Assembly (NCBI GenBank): GCA_039818205.1
Contig: JBCBUK010000004.1
Location: 104,302-168,301 of the forward strand
Direction of reading: 5' to 3'
Source: Verrucomicrobiota bacterium
Lineage (GTDB): Bacteria; Verrucomicrobiota; Verrucomicrobiia; Opitutales; Cerasicoccaceae
DNA length: 64,000 nt
The notes under the pieces are model-generated. The model did no database searches and had not been told where the DNA came from. It saw only the letters and a list, made by a program, of their open reading frames with translations. The position numbers and the translations under genes were made by a program. Within the stretch, counting starts at the first letter, position 1. Each line of letters begins with the position of its first letter. Positions 34,524-49,265 of this stretch are shown here, one piece after another.

Positions 34524-35828
34524 ATGGCTGAAACTATTGAATCATCGAACTCCGGTGGAGATCCGGAGAAGAAGCAATTAAGCTGGCTGATCTGGCCGAT
34601 TGCTATCGTCGGGCTTATCGCTGCCGGCATTTACGCCTACAAGCGTTACGAATTCGATCGAACGCATATTGTTACCGATAATGCGCAGGTCCAGGGAAAG
34701 CTGGTCAAAGTTCTTGCGCCCGAACATGGGATGTTGGAGCAGGTTCTGGTATTGGACAACCAGGCCATTCGCAAGGGCGACCTCCTGGCTGAGCTGGAGA
34801 ACGAATATTACCTGCTGGCCTATCAACAGGCGCAGGCGAACCTTAACGTTTTGATTGCGCAGAAGGGTGGCGATAAGGACCAGCAAAAGTCAGATAGCCT
34901 CGCCGCCGCAAAGCTATCGTCAGCCCAAGCTAATTTACAAGTGATTCAAGCCCAGCTTGCCGAAGCCCAAGCCGCCGCCGATCAGGCAGACGCCGAAGTC
35001 AAGCGGATGGAGCGCAACAAGCAGAGTCGGACTTTTGTTCAAGCTCAATACAATCTTGCGAAGGCCAACGCAGAACAGTCGAAGGCGCAGGTCGCGACGC
35101 TTCAAAAGGAGTCTTATGCGGCGGGGCAACGGGTCCAGGAAGCGTTGGCGAGTGCAAAGCTTTTGGATTTTAATATCGATCAGGCACGGGCTCAGGTAGC
35201 GCAAGCAAAGCTCAGCCTTTCTTACACGGAGATAAGATCTCCAATCAACGGCAACGTAGCCCAGCTCAATATTTATCCGGGTAGCACGGTCGAACAGGGG
35301 CAGTATATGATGACGGTCGTATCGGCCGACGACAAATGGCTGGTGGCCAACATTAAGGAAACGCTTTTCGAGAAGGTATTCCTAGGAGACAAGGTCGATA
35401 TCAAAATTGACGCGTTTCCGGGTACCGATTTTCGCGGTGTGGTGGAAAGCTATTCACCAGCAGCGGGGAATCAGTTCAGTATCTTGCCGCGCAACAACGC
35501 GAGTGGAAATTTCATCAAGGTAGAGGCTTTGATCCCAGTGAGAATCAAGTTCACTGAGCCGCTTACCGAAATTGAAAAACTGGTCCCCGGGATGAGTGCT
35601 GAGGTGACGATTACAATTGATCCCGATCGCAAATGGGAAAAAGCCGAAGAACCGGCTTACTCGGAACCCGCGACGAGCACGGCGAGCGCAGATTCAGCGA
35701 AGCCATCCAGCGATGTTAAATCGCCAGCCGTTGCTGATTCCACCAAACCTGCTGCCAAAGAATCAGCGGGAGATTCAAAGCCAGCTAAGGATTCGTCAAC
35801 AAGCACCGATTCCAATCATGGCCAGTGA
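34524..35828 (+). CDS. emrA: HlyD/EmrA-type membrane fusion protein
   Basis: TDNAQV, IRSPING, VANIKET, FSILPRNNASGNFIKV, LVPGMS. Confidence 0.85.
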   Translation: MAETIESSNSGGDPEKKQLSWLIWPIAIVGLIAAGIYAYKRYEFDRTHIVTDNAQVQGKLVKVLAPEHGMLEQVLVLDNQAIRKGDLLAELENEYYLLAYQQAQANLNVLIAQKGGDKDQQKSDSLAAAKLSSAQANLQVIQAQLAEAQAAADQADAEVKRMERNKQSRTFVQAQYNLAKANAEQSKAQVATLQKESYAAGQRVQEALASAKLLDFNIDQARAQVAQAKLSLSYTEIRSPINGNVAQLNIYPGSTVEQGQYMMTVVSADDKWLVANIKETLFEKVFLGDKVDIKIDAFPGTDFRGVVESYSPAAGNQFSILPRNNASGNFIKVEALIPVRIKFTEPLTEIEKLVPGMSAEVTITIDPDRKWEKAEEPAYSEPATSTASADSAKPSSDVKSPAVADSTKPAAKESAGDSKPAKDSSTSTDSNHGQ

Positions 35829-37374
35829 GGAATCCGGTCACCCTCAGCGCTATCTAATTGCCCTGGCGGTTACCTTGTCGTCGCTGGTCGAGGGCCTTGA
35901 CACCTCGGTGGTCAATGTCTCGGTGCCCGAGATGATGGGCAGCCTTGGGGTATCTTTAGACCAAATTGCCTGGGTATCCACGGGGTACATTCTCTCAAAT
36001 GTGATTATCATCCCATTGACGGGCTGGCTAGCGTCGTTGTTCGGGCGGAAGCGTTACTTTACCGGCTCACTGATCTTGTTTACGGTGGCGAGCTTCCTGT
36101 GCGGTCAAGCGAAGAGCCTGGAGACCCTCATATTTTGGCGGGTCATGCAGGGCATTGGCGGTGGCGCCTTGGTGGCAACCTCGCAGGCCATTTTGTACGA
36201 AGTGTTTCCCAGCCGAGAACACTCGCGAGCGATGGCGCTTTGGGGCATGGGTATCATGGTCGGTCCGGCGATGGGCCCTGTAATCGGTGGTTATTTGACC
36301 GAGACGCTTTCGTGGCCGTGGATATTCTATGTCAATATTCCGGTCTGCATCGCGGCGTTGATCCTGGTGGTTTTCCTCGTTCCAGATTCGAAGTACGATG
36401 AACCCGTTCGGCGGGTCGACTTTCTGGGCCTGGTGCTGCTGGCAGTTGGGCTCGGAGCCTGCCAGTTGTTTCTGGAAGATGGGAATGCAATCGGCTGGCT
36501 CAGTTCGATCGAAGGTATTGAGCTTGCGGGTCTCACTCTGTTTTGTCTGGGACTATTCATCTGGCGGGAACTGAGCTTCGAAAGTCCCGTCGTGGATTTG
36601 CGGGTTCTAGCTAACGCCCAGTTTACGGCCTGCTGTTTATTTACCTTCGTCCAGGCCTTGTGTACCCTGGCGATTGTCTTCGTGACGCCGCTCCTGCTGC
36701 TCGATTTGATGGGATACACGGCGTTGCAGACTGGTATGATCATGCTTCCTGTGGCGCTTGGGACCAGTCTGGTGATGTTTGTAGTTGGTCGAATATCGCA
36801 CCTTTGCAATCCCTATGCATTGATTTCTTTTGGTGTCGCAATCTTTCTCTACGCCATGTGGCGGTATAGTTATTTCGATATCCTGACCCCAGAATCTGCC
36901 TTTACCTGGCCGCTGCTCCTGCGGGGAATTGGCTTGGGAATGATCTTTGTCCCGCTGAATGCCTTGGCCGTGGCCGACCTCCATCCCGACAAGCACGCCG
37001 CCGCGACGGGTTTACTGAATCTCACCCGTCAGTTTGGGGCCAGCGTTGGTGTCGCGGTAGCCGCAGCCGTCTTGGGGAGTATGCAGGGGGAGTTCGAAGC
37101 CGTGCTTATCGATTCCGCAAGCGGGAGCTCACCAGAGTTCGCAGTGGTGCGCGAGGTGGTGTTGGCTCGCTTGCACGCGGATGGTATTACCGAGCCCGAT
37201 GCCCACATTGCGGCCTTGGGAATGCTGGAGAAGTATACGCATCAACAGGCGACCAGTATCGCCTTCGATCGAATCTTCACCATTTTTGGGTTGGCGTTGC
37301 TCGTAGCACTGCCGCTGATCGTTTTCATGCGGAAGAATCCAGAGCGGTCCATGGCAGCACCGGTCGGGCATTAG
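35818..37374 (+). CDS. emrB: DHA2 family (EmrB-like) MFS efflux permease
   Basis: LDTSVVNV, FGRKR, RVMQGIGGG, GPVIGG, WPWIFYVNIP. Confidence 0.88.
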   Translation: MASEESGHPQRYLIALAVTLSSLVEGLDTSVVNVSVPEMMGSLGVSLDQIAWVSTGYILSNVIIIPLTGWLASLFGRKRYFTGSLILFTVASFLCGQAKSLETLIFWRVMQGIGGGALVATSQAILYEVFPSREHSRAMALWGMGIMVGPAMGPVIGGYLTETLSWPWIFYVNIPVCIAALILVVFLVPDSKYDEPVRRVDFLGLVLLAVGLGACQLFLEDGNAIGWLSSIEGIELAGLTLFCLGLFIWRELSFESPVVDLRVLANAQFTACCLFTFVQALCTLAIVFVTPLLLLDLMGYTALQTGMIMLPVALGTSLVMFVVGRISHLCNPYALISFGVAIFLYAMWRYSYFDILTPESAFTWPLLLRGIGLGMIFVPLNALAVADLHPDKHAAATGLLNLTRQFGASVGVAVAAAVLGSMQGEFEAVLIDSASGSSPEFAVVREVVLARLHADGITEPDAHIAALGMLEKYTHQQATSIAFDRIFTIFGLALLVALPLIVFMRKNPERSMAAPVGH

Positions 37375-37452
37375 AAGTTTCTGATTTCCGCTGATCTACA
37401 GGATTGCTATATCGTATGAATTCTTCTATCTACTGGATATCTACTACTGAAA

Positions 37453-38277
37453 ATGAGTCGTTTCCTCAACACTGCTTTGTTGGCAACACTAGTCGCGGCC
37501 GCTCCATTGAGTGGGGTCGTGCCGATTCATTATTTTCCATTTGATGGTAACACCGTTGACGTAAACGGTGGCGCCGCAACTCAAGTTTTTGGCGCGCCAA
37601 CTTACGTTCCCGGCCGAACATCCATTGATTTCGGAGGTCAAGAGACAGCCTTGTCCTCTCTTGCGCTGGACCAGTCGAACCTAGCGATTCAGTTGAATGG
37701 GACGACAGACTTTATCCGGGCCTTTGTTGACATAAACCCGTCCTCATTGCCGGATTTGACCATGGGTGCCTGGGTGATGCCGTCGACCGTCGCTCCAAGC
37801 CGCCAGATCATTTCCCATGATAGCGGTGGCTTTGATCGCAGTCTGGGCCTCGATGGCCGTGGTGGTGGTACCGGCTGGTCTGCCTTTACCGGCGCGGGAG
37901 TCCTAGGCGTTGTCCCGGCCGAAGTCGGCGTGTGGCAGTTTGTCGCGGTTGTCTATGATGGGGAGACGTCGACGACGCGCCTCTACGTTTACAATGAGTC
38001 CTCAGGGGTTACTGAGATTCGCACGGGCGGATTTTCAAACAGTGCCGGATGGACCTACTCAGACATCGGACACAATCCGTCTTTCGGGGAATTCTTTGGC
38101 GGCGCGGTCGACGATGTTTTCTTTTTTGATGAGGCCCTGACGGATACCCAACTCGAGCAAGTACGCATTAATGGCCCGGAGGCGGTGCCGGAGGCGTCGA
38201 CCGTCGTCTTGGTGACGCTGGGAGCTGCGATGTGCTTGGGGTGGGGGATGTTACGTCGCCGTCGCTCACAGTCTTAG
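37453..38277 (+). CDS. LamG-like domain protein with PEP-CTERM-type sorting signal
   Basis: YFPFDGN, WQFVAVVYDG, FGGAVDDV; VPEAST-TM-RRRR. Confidence 0.85.
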   Translation: MSRFLNTALLATLVAAAPLSGVVPIHYFPFDGNTVDVNGGAATQVFGAPTYVPGRTSIDFGGQETALSSLALDQSNLAIQLNGTTDFIRAFVDINPSSLPDLTMGAWVMPSTVAPSRQIISHDSGGFDRSLGLDGRGGGTGWSAFTGAGVLGVVPAEVGVWQFVAVVYDGETSTTRLYVYNESSGVTEIRTGGFSNSAGWTYSDIGHNPSFGEFFGGAVDDVFFFDEALTDTQLEQVRINGPEAVPEASTVVLVTLGAAMCLGWGMLRRRRSQS

Positions 38278-38436
38278 ACGGTGAAAATTTGTTGCCGAGC
38301 GCTGCAACCACGGCTTGCCTGGGTTACTTGATTGGGTGATCGCAGATCGAAGCTTTACAATTTGGGCTAATATCCCTAACAACTTCGCCCCTTCGAACGA
38401 GTGCGCCGACCCCGCGCTCTCGAGGAGAGCAAAGTT

Positions 38437-40140
38437 ATGTTAGATTTTTTCCGCAAGCGGACAGCGAACCTTAGGGATGATTTACTTTCGGGACTTACCG
38501 TTGCACTCGCATTGGTTCCCGAGGCGATTGCGTTTGCCTTCGTCGCTGGAGTTTCGCCAGTCATCGGCCTCTACTCGGCATTTTTTATCGGCTTAATTTC
38601 ATCGATCTTCGGTGGTCGTCCCGGGATGATTTCGGGCGCGACGGGCGCCATGGCCGTTGTCGCAGTCGGCTTGGTTGCAATGCACGGCGTCGAGTACTTG
38701 TTTCCCGCGATCGTGCTTTGCGGAATTATCCAGATTGTTGCCGGCGTGGGTAAGTTGGGGCAGTTCATTCGTATGGTTCCGCATTCCGTGATGCTCGGCT
38801 TCGTAAATGGATTGGCGATTGTGATTTTCTTGGCGCAGTTCGGTAGCTTTAAAACCGTCGATGACACCGGCAACTTGGTGTATCTACAAGGGGCGTCGTT
38901 TTGGATCATGCTGGTTCTGGTGTTTCTGACGATGGCGATCATCTGGTTGTTGCCGAAGTTCACCCGTTCCGTTCCGGCTTCCTTGGCGGCTATCTTAGTC
39001 GTCACCATTTTATCCATCGGAATAAACAAGGGGGCGCCGGAAAGCTGGAGAGCCGAGAATCAGCCAAATGTCATGCTGACGGTTGGCGACATGCTGAAGA
39101 CCAACGTTGCGGCCCGCGAAACAGCGGAGGTCCGCAAGGAGTTTGGTGAAGACGTGGCACAGTCAAAAATCGATGAAGCTGTTGCAGTCGCAGTTGAGAA
39201 AGAGGGCGGTATTAAAGCCGGGCTTCCCAGCATTTATTTCTTCGATAGCGACTACAAGGGCATGTTACCACCCTTCAACTTTCAAACGCTGTGGATCATC
39301 CTTCCATTTGCGCTGACTTTTGCTGCGGTCGGCCTGATCGAGTCGCTCATGACGATGTCGCTCATCGACGAGATCACGGAGACACGTGGTCGGGGGAATC
39401 GCGAATGTTTCGGGCAAGGCCTGGCAAACGTGGTTTGCGGCTTGTTCGGTGGTATGGGGGGTTGTGCTATGATTGGACAATCGCTTATCAATGTGAACTC
39501 AGGTGGACGTGGCCGAGCCAGCGGCATTACTGCGGCGGTGTGCTTGCTGCTATTCGTGCTCGTTTTGGCGCCGTTGATTGAGATGATCCCGATGGCGGCG
39601 CTGGTTGGCGTGATGTTCATGGTGGTGATTGGCACCTTCGAGTGGGCGAGTTTGGAGACTTTCCGCAAGATCCCCATGAGCGACGTGCTCGTCATGGTGG
39701 TGGTTGCGGGTTACACGGTTTTGATGCACGACTTGGCGACCGCGGTCATTCTTGGTGTGATCATTTCGGCGCTCGTTTTCGCCTGGCAACACGCGACTCA
39801 CTTGGGCGCTGACGTCAAGATGAACGATCACGGCAGCAAGATCTATCAGCTCCACGGTCCTTTGTTTTTTGCTTCGGTGTCTTCCTTTAAGGAGTTGTTT
39901 GATCCGCGTGCGGATCCGGATGATGTGGTGATCGATTTTTACTATACGCGTATTTATGACCAGTCGGCATTGGAGGCGATCAACACCCTCGCCGAGAAAT
40001 ACACCGGTCTGGGTAAGCGTTTGCACCTGACTCACCTTTCGCCCGATTGCCGTCGGCTGTTGGACAAGGCTGGGGACATGGTGGAGGTGAATCTATCCGA
40101 GGATCCGCAGTACCACGTGGCGACCGAGCGCCTAGACTAG
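38437..40140 (+). CDS. SulP/SLC26 anion permease with STAS domain
   Basis: [43 protein letters not shown]. Confidence 0.92.
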   Translation: MLDFFRKRTANLRDDLLSGLTVALALVPEAIAFAFVAGVSPVIGLYSAFFIGLISSIFGGRPGMISGATGAMAVVAVGLVAMHGVEYLFPAIVLCGIIQIVAGVGKLGQFIRMVPHSVMLGFVNGLAIVIFLAQFGSFKTVDDTGNLVYLQGASFWIMLVLVFLTMAIIWLLPKFTRSVPASLAAILVVTILSIGINKGAPESWRAENQPNVMLTVGDMLKTNVAARETAEVRKEFGEDVAQSKIDEAVAVAVEKEGGIKAGLPSIYFFDSDYKGMLPPFNFQTLWIILPFALTFAAVGLIESLMTMSLIDEITETRGRGNRECFGQGLANVVCGLFGGMGGCAMIGQSLINVNSGGRGRASGITAAVCLLLFVLVLAPLIEMIPMAALVGVMFMVVIGTFEWASLETFRKIPMSDVLVMVVVAGYTVLMHDLATAVILGVIISALVFAWQHATHLGADVKMNDHGSKIYQLHGPLFFASVSSFKELFDPRADPDDVVIDFYYTRIYDQSALEAINTLAEKYTGLGKRLHLTHLSPDCRRLLDKAGDMVEVNLSEDPQYHVATERLD

Positions 40141-41327
40141 GATTTGAGCTCGTTGAACGCGGCGAGCGTGTCGCGCGCAAAATCGTCCCAAGTTCGAAAT
40201 GTTCGGGCTTGGGCTTCGCGCGCTAATTGTGCCCGGCGATCAGGATCGTTAAGCAGGGAGCCAATCGCAGTGGCCAAATGCTGCGCGCTCGGCTCCTCGA
40301 CGGTTGCACACCCGCCCTCTGAGGCGACTTCTCCCATGGCACTTTGGGCTGAAACGACGCAGGGTTTTCCGAAGGCCAGGCTTTCAAGAATGGGTAGCCC
40401 AAACCCTTCCATCAGTGATGGGTAAACCGTAAAGTCACAGTCTTGGTAGGCTCGCTTCAGGTCTTCATCGCTGACGCCGCGTTCCCAAGTGATCGGGTGG
40501 CCGGCGTCTTTGAGTCGTTGAAACTTATCGGCGGCGATCTGGCCGGTTTCTTGGTTCAGGTTGCCGATGAAGCGGAGTTGGAATCGTTGGCCGTCGGCCC
40601 ACAGACGTTCTGCCGCCTCAAGCAGGGCAATTTGGTTTTTTCGCCCTTCGAAGGTTCCAACACAAAGGACAACCGGCTCTGCGTTTTCGGTTGTTGAGGG
40701 CTGAGCCTTAATGTCCGAAAAGTCGACTCCTAATGGCGCTGCGAAGATCGGCGGATGGTCGAGAATGCCTTGTTCTTGCCAGTAAGATTCGAGATCGAGT
40801 TTTGTGGCGTAGGAGTTGGCCACGATGCCGTCGAAAATTCGAAGGTGCTCCAGGTAGGCGGGATAGCGCTCAACCGTAACCTTCGGCAGAAACTGCGGAA
40901 GATGAATCGCAATGAGGTCGTGGATAACCGCGATTTTGGGAGCCTTGAGCTTTGGGAAAAGTTTCTGATACCCGCGGAACTGATCGGGCCCAAACCACTC
41001 GGGCGCGAAGAACCCGTCGATAGACTGCTCGTTGGCCGGTGCAAAAACCTCGTAGCCACAGGGTAAGCCGATACTCGCCAGAAAGCGGGCGGACTTTATG
41101 TGGGCTAGCGACCGCTTGGCCGGTGCCTCTGCCGTCGCGTCGTTCCAGTCAACCAGTTTGCGCTCGGTTTCGTTGAGTCGGCGCCAAATGCGTATGTGGT
41201 GATCGTAGCATATCGGCTCCGCGTCAGTCTGGTTTTTCAGCGCTGCAAAAGCGGCGCGACAGACCCGTTGAATGCCGGTGTGCGAGGCGTAGTGACTCGT
41301 GTGGGATAAATCGACGAAGAGTGACAT
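40137..41327 (-). CDS. GT4 family glycosyltransferase
   Basis: [34 protein letters not shown]. Confidence 0.9.
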   Translation of the reverse strand: MSLFVDLSHTSHYASHTGIQRVCRAAFAALKNQTDAEPICYDHHIRIWRRLNETERKLVDWNDATAEAPAKRSLAHIKSARFLASIGLPCGYEVFAPANEQSIDGFFAPEWFGPDQFRGYQKLFPKLKAPKIAVIHDLIAIHLPQFLPKVTVERYPAYLEHLRIFDGIVANSYATKLDLESYWQEQGILDHPPIFAAPLGVDFSDIKAQPSTTENAEPVVLCVGTFEGRKNQIALLEAAERLWADGQRFQLRFIGNLNQETGQIAADKFQRLKDAGHPITWERGVSDEDLKRAYQDCDFTVYPSLMEGFGLPILESLAFGKPCVVSAQSAMGEVASEGGCATVEEPSAQHLATAIGSLLNDPDRRAQLAREAQARTFRTWDDFARDTLAAFNELKS

Positions 41328-43286
41328 TTAACTTCCCCAGGCCGAGATTTCTTCGAGCCAGAGTGTTGCCATCGCATCACTGGGCATGCGCCAATCTCCG
41401 CGAGGCGAGAGTGCGACTGTTCCAACCTTGGGACCATCCGGGCAGCAGGAGCGCTTGAACTGTTGGGAGAAAAATCGCCGATAGAAAACCGTGAGCCAAT
41501 GTTTGACGGTTTCGCGATCATAGCCGCTAGCGAAAGCGTTCTCCGCTAGGAACAGAATCTTGCTGGGCCCGTAGCCAAAGCGAACCATCTGAAATAGGAA
41601 GAAGTCATGGAGTTCGTAGGGGCCGACGCTATCTTCGGTCATTTGTTGGAGTTCGCCTTCGTCGGACAGGGGGAGAAGCTCTGGGGTGATCGGCGTCGCA
41701 GCGATATCATGTAGAAGAGCCTGAGCCGTTTCGGCGAAGACTTCATCAGCACACCAATCGACGAGATACCGAACCAGCGTTTTGGGCACACCGATATTGA
41801 CGTGATACATCGAAATGTGGTCACCGGCGTAGGTCATCCAACCCAAGGCGGCTTCGGAGAGATCCCCCGTGCCGAGGACAAATCCGCCAACTTGGTTGGC
41901 GAGATTCATCAAGATCTGCGTGCGCTCGCGAGCCTGAGTATTTTCGTAAACGACATCATGGTTCGATTCGTCGTGTCCTATATCGACAAAGTGTTGGCGC
42001 GCTGCGGCATCGATCGAAATGGTGCGAAGTTCAACCCCTAATACCTTGGCGAGCTCCGAGGCATTCGACTTGGTGCGCCCGGTGGTTCCAAATCCCGGCA
42101 TGGTCACCGCCAGGATGCCGCTGCGTTTGAGGCTCAGCCGATCGAAGGCGTGCACGGCAACCAGTAGTGCTAGCGTGGAGTCCAAGCCACCTGAAATCCC
42201 CAATACAAGTCGCTTGGCATTGGTATGGCGCAGTCTCTTGGCCAACCCCGTCGCTTGGATTGCGAAAATCTCACGGCATCGTTCCGCCCGTCGTCGTTGG
42301 TCGCTCGGGACGAATGGATGGGCGTTTACTTTGCGAAGCAGAGCATTTCCAGGGACCGACTCGATCAATGGAAGCGATACGGCAATAACCCGGTAGGCGT
42401 TCTCGACCGGGGTGCCGGTGAAGGTTGTGTTGCGCAGGCGTTCCTGCGCACAGTGCTCAAGGTCGATGTCGGCGAAGGTTGTGTTCGTCGAGAAATCAAA
42501 GCGATCGCCCTCAGCAACGACGTGGCCGTTTTCAACTGCGAGACAATGGCCGGAGTATACGACGTCGGTGCTAGATTCGCCCGGGCCAGCACTCGCGTAA
42601 AGATAGGCGGCTAGGCAGCGGGCCGATTGCTGTTTGATGAGGCTGCGGCGGTAGTCGACCTTGCCGAGGAGTTCATCACTCGCAGACGGATTGGCGATAA
42701 CCGTTGCGCCCGCTAACGCCAGTTTGCCGCTGGGCGGTTCGGTTGCCCACAAATCTTCGCAGATTTCGATCCCCAGAGAAAGGTGCTCGAATTGCTCGAA
42801 CCGGAATATCAGATCGGTGCCGACCGGAATCATTTCGCCGTCACACTCGATGGAATCGGTCAGGAGGTCCTTGGCGGCGGCAAACCAACGTTGTTCGTAA
42901 AACTCAACGTAGTTCGGCAGGTGAGTCTTTGGGACAAGTCCAAGAATTTCACCGTTGGCGACCGCTGCTGCCACGTTGAAGAGCCTTCCCTGCAGTTCCA
43001 CGGGCAGACCAATAATTGCGGCGCAGGGGAGGGTGGCTGAGGCGTCCCGCAGTTGCCGGAGGGCATTCCAGGCTGCATTCCTTAAGGTGCGGTCGAAGAA
43101 AAGATCGGCGCAGGTGTAGCCAGTCAACGCGAGTTCCGGGAAGACGGCAATGCGAGCACCCTGCTGGGCCGCATCCTGCCAGGCCTGCAAAATCTTTGTG
43201 GTGTTAAAACCCACGTCGGCCACGCGCAGCTCTGGCGCAATCGTTGCAGTGCGCAGGAAACCGAAATCTTCAGGGTTGGCTGGCAT
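41328..43286 (-). CDS. nadE: glutamine-dependent NAD+ synthetase
   Basis: [16 protein letters not shown] nitrilase domain; [23 protein letters not shown]. Confidence 0.96.
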   Translation of the reverse strand: MPANPEDFGFLRTATIAPELRVADVGFNTTKILQAWQDAAQQGARIAVFPELALTGYTCADLFFDRTLRNAAWNALRQLRDASATLPCAAIIGLPVELQGRLFNVAAAVANGEILGLVPKTHLPNYVEFYEQRWFAAAKDLLTDSIECDGEMIPVGTDLIFRFEQFEHLSLGIEICEDLWATEPPSGKLALAGATVIANPSASDELLGKVDYRRSLIKQQSARCLAAYLYASAGPGESSTDVVYSGHCLAVENGHVVAEGDRFDFSTNTTFADIDLEHCAQERLRNTTFTGTPVENAYRVIAVSLPLIESVPGNALLRKVNAHPFVPSDQRRRAERCREIFAIQATGLAKRLRHTNAKRLVLGISGGLDSTLALLVAVHAFDRLSLKRSGILAVTMPGFGTTGRTKSNASELAKVLGVELRTISIDAAARQHFVDIGHDESNHDVVYENTQARERTQILMNLANQVGGFVLGTGDLSEAALGWMTYAGDHISMYHVNIGVPKTLVRYLVDWCADEVFAETAQALLHDIAATPITPELLPLSDEGELQQMTEDSVGPYELHDFFLFQMVRFGYGPSKILFLAENAFASGYDRETVKHWLTVFYRRFFSQQFKRSCCPDGPKVGTVALSPRGDWRMPSDAMATLWLEEISAWGS

Positions 43287-43385
43287 ATCGGATATTGGTT
43301 AAACCGGTCATCATCAACCCCCTGCGGCCCGAGGCAAGCCCAGACTCAGCGCGGATCATCTGCGATGTGGCCTTGTCTGGGCATG

Positions 43386-43416
43386 AAAAAGCCCCGGACG
43401 AATTCGTCCGAGGCTT
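43386..43416 (-). terminator. Rho-independent terminator after ppdK
   Basis: GCC-CGGACGAATTCGTCCG-GGC palindrome followed by a T run on the minus strand. Confidence 0.65.
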
Positions 43417-43444
43417 GGAAAATGAGGGCTTTGCCGAGCAGAGC

Positions 43445-46192
<2,748 letters not shown>

Positions 46193-46397
46193 CCTATGTG
46201 TTTTCTGGGTTTGATTTAGTGCGAGTTTTTCGCGCGACATTACTTGTAACGAAGCGGAAAAGACGTGACACAAAAGGGGTTTTGTAAACCCTGTCAATGA
46301 TTTGCCGCCTACTATGCGCCTAAACTACGTTTGTGTAACGCTGGACAAGGGCTGAGTTCTCCAATTATCTAGTCTACTTTTCCCCGAATCAGTCCTG

Positions 46398-46838
46398 ATG
46401 AAAGTAATCCTACGCCAAGCAAAATCTTCCGACCTCGAGTGGCTCGCGCCATTTTACGAGGCGCTCATGCGCCCCATTGTTGAACTCACTCACGCGTGGG
46501 ACGACAACCTGTTTCGTGAGAAATTCGAGCCCGAGTTTACCTCGATTATTCAGCTCGGGAGGGAGAATATTGGCATGCTCAAAGTTCAGCCGCTCGATGA
46601 CCATCTATTCCTTGGGGACATCCAGATCGCCGCTGAGCATCAGCGAAAGGGAATCGGCTCGGCTCTGGTCGAGGACATTTTAATATCCGCGCGGCAGGCG
46701 GGCCTCCCCGTCCGCCTCAAGGTATTGCAGGGCAATTCCGCTGCCGGGTTTTACGAGCGTTTTGGATTTCGAGAAATTCGCGAGTTGGATAATTGTGTTG
46801 AGATGGAGTGGCAGGATGATTCTCATTCTCGTCGTTAA
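46398..46838 (+). CDS. GNAT family N-acetyltransferase
   Basis: HQRKGIGS acetyl-CoA motif, N.AAGFYERFGF. Confidence 0.88.
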   Translation: MKVILRQAKSSDLEWLAPFYEALMRPIVELTHAWDDNLFREKFEPEFTSIIQLGRENIGMLKVQPLDDHLFLGDIQIAAEHQRKGIGSALVEDILISARQAGLPVRLKVLQGNSAAGFYERFGFREIRELDNCVEMEWQDDSHSRR

Positions 46839-46847
46839 CTTTTACGC

Positions 46848-47714
46848 ATGAGCACCGAAATCCTGCCGCCCGACGACAATCAACCAAACTCCCCCCACGA
46901 GGGAGTGATGGGTTTTTGGGACCACGTTGAAGAATTGCGCTGGGTCCTGATCAAAAGCTCGGTGATCTTCATGATCGCCTTCTGCCTCGTCCTGGGTTTC
47001 GCAGTTTGGTTCGCCGACGTATTGCAGTGGCCGCTCATGCGCGCGTTCGCCATGATCGGCGATCCGCAGCGCGACATCCTTTTGCGGACTGATGGGCCAT
47101 TAAACGTTTTCGGGTTTTTGTTACAGCTGGGATTTTTTGGAGCGATCGGTGTATCCCTGCCGTTCATCCTCTACTTCATCGTCAGTTTTATTTCTCCAGG
47201 GCTGACCGATCAGGAAAAAAGTGTGCTGCGGCCGGTCTGTCTTTCGATTTTGATGCTTTTCCTGATCGGCGCATTCGTGGCCTTTTTTCTCCTCCTGCCG
47301 TTCTACCTGTTTGTGTCGTTGAAGTTCGAGCAGATGTTCAATTTCGCGTCTCTGTGGACGCCGGTGAAGTACTATGGCCTGGTGGTCTGGACGACCTTGG
47401 GGCTGGGGGTCGTTTTTCAATCCCCGCTCATTATCATTATTTTGATGTATCTGGACATTGTGACGGCTGAGCAGCTGCGCAGCGGCCGTCGCTACGCGAT
47501 CGTGATAATACTCGTCCTCTCGGCATTTCTTACGCCGGGCGGTGACCCGATTACGCTGAGCGTTACTGCTATCCCACTTTACGCTCTATACGAGGGCGCA
47601 TTGATTGTGGGGGCGCGAGTTCGGGCTCGTAAAAAGGAAGAGTTCGACTTCGACAATTACGATGACGGATACGACCACGACTACCACGACGACTATCCGG
47701 ACGACCACGATTAA
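46848..47714 (+). CDS. tatC: twin-arginine translocase subunit C
   Basis: MGFWDHVEELR, FISPGL..EK, RRYA, LTP..DP, LYE. Confidence 0.93.
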   Translation: MSTEILPPDDNQPNSPHEGVMGFWDHVEELRWVLIKSSVIFMIAFCLVLGFAVWFADVLQWPLMRAFAMIGDPQRDILLRTDGPLNVFGFLLQLGFFGAIGVSLPFILYFIVSFISPGLTDQEKSVLRPVCLSILMLFLIGAFVAFFLLLPFYLFVSLKFEQMFNFASLWTPVKYYGLVVWTTLGLGVVFQSPLIIIILMYLDIVTAEQLRSGRRYAIVIILVLSAFLTPGGDPITLSVTAIPLYALYEGALIVGARVRARKKEEFDFDNYDDGYDHDYHDDYPDDHD

Positions 47715-47789
47715 TTTGCGACGAGTCCCAAAGGTTTCGCTCAATTGACCAATCCGTAGTTTCACCCCAACGACCGACTGCCTGACTTT

Positions 47790-49220
47790 ATGCACTACTA
47801 CTTTATGGGAATCTGCGGGACGGCGATGGGCAATGTTGCCCTGATGCTGCGGGAATGTGGCCATCAGGTTTCCGGCGCGGACACAGGCATCTATCCGCCG
47901 ATGAGCGATCTCCTTCGCAATGCCGGGGTTGAAATCCTCGATGGATGGGATCCTCAGCGTCTCGCGGCTCTTAAACCTGATCGAGTGGTGGTTGGAAATG
48001 CTATTAGTCGCGGAAATTCTGAGATTGAGTGGTTGCTCGAATCGCGCGCCTTGCCGATGGTTTCACTGCCTGGATTGCTTTCTGAAGCGCTTCTATCGGA
48101 TCGCAAATCGATCGTCATTACGGGGACCCATGGTAAGACCACAACGTCGGCGTTGACCGCATTTTTGCTACGTGAGCACCGTGCTGATCCAGGTTGGCTG
48201 ATCGGCGGCGTGCCCCGCGATTTGCCGGGCGGTGCGCATGCCAGCGCGCCAGGGCGTCCGTTCGTGATTGAGGGCGACGAGTATGATTCCGCCTTCTTTG
48301 ACAAGCGCAGTAAGTTCGTCCACTACCAGCCACGCATCCTGGTTCTAAACAATTTGGAATTTGATCACGGCGATATTTTCCGGGACCTGGCGGACATCCA
48401 GCGGAGTTTTAGTCACGTCATCCGGCTCGTTCCGCGGAACGGTTTCATTCTCTACAATGGCGACGACGAAAACTTGAAGTCGCTCGTGCCGGTCGATTGG
48501 TGCCCGTGCTATTCGGTTGGCGTGGGGAAGGAAAATGATCTGCGGATTGAGCTTTTCAAAGAATCGAACGAGGGCGCTCGTTTCCGCTTACGGTGGCGCG
48601 GAACCATTTGGGCCGAGGTCAACTATCCGCTGTCGGGTCTATATAACGCCCGCAATACCGCAATGGCCTTGTTGGCGACCGGGTTGGCGATCAAACCAGA
48701 AGATCCCTTTTGCGCCGTGGAGGTTGGAACCTTAGCCGGCTATCAAGGCGTTAAGCGGCGACAAGAATCGTTGTATCATGATCAGCAACTTACGGTCTTG
48801 GAGGACTTCGCGCATCACCCAACGGCAGTTTCCCAAGTGCTTGAGTCGCTTCGATCGCGCTTTCCCAAACACCGCTTGATTGCCTGTTTCGAGCCGCGTA
48901 GCAATACGGCGGCGACGAATACATTTCAGAATCGATTCACGGACGCGCTGGCGCATGCGGACATGGTTTTTCTGGGGCCGGTGTTTCGCGGTGAACGCTA
49001 CGCAGACCATGTCCGCTTGGACACTGCCGGGATGGCTGAGGAGCTTAAACAGCGCGGAGTCAGGGGGCAGGCCTTCTCGGATTTTGATGGTTTGCTTAGC
49101 GAGCTGCATCGCGCAACGAAGCCCCAGTCGGAGCCTGCGCGCTGCGTGGTCTTTTTTACCAACGGCGGGTTCGGTGGTATCCAGCATCAGTTCGTCGATG
49201 GGAAAAAGGCTGCGACGTGA
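47790..49220 (+). CDS. mpl: murein peptide ligase
   Basis: GICGTAMG, GTHGKTTT, EGDEYDSAFFDKRSKF, DFAHHPTA, FEPRSNT, NGGFGG. Confidence 0.92.
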   Translation: MHYYFMGICGTAMGNVALMLRECGHQVSGADTGIYPPMSDLLRNAGVEILDGWDPQRLAALKPDRVVVGNAISRGNSEIEWLLESRALPMVSLPGLLSEALLSDRKSIVITGTHGKTTTSALTAFLLREHRADPGWLIGGVPRDLPGGAHASAPGRPFVIEGDEYDSAFFDKRSKFVHYQPRILVLNNLEFDHGDIFRDLADIQRSFSHVIRLVPRNGFILYNGDDENLKSLVPVDWCPCYSVGVGKENDLRIELFKESNEGARFRLRWRGTIWAEVNYPLSGLYNARNTAMALLATGLAIKPEDPFCAVEVGTLAGYQGVKRRQESLYHDQQLTVLEDFAHHPTAVSQVLESLRSRFPKHRLIACFEPRSNTAATNTFQNRFTDALAHADMVFLGPVFRGERYADHVRLDTAGMAEELKQRGVRGQAFSDFDGLLSELHRATKPQSEPARCVVFFTNGGFGGIQHQFVDGKKAAT

Positions 49221-49265
49221 CGCGATTGTAAAGCTTGCGGCCTTGAATCTGCCGCATTCTTTGAG

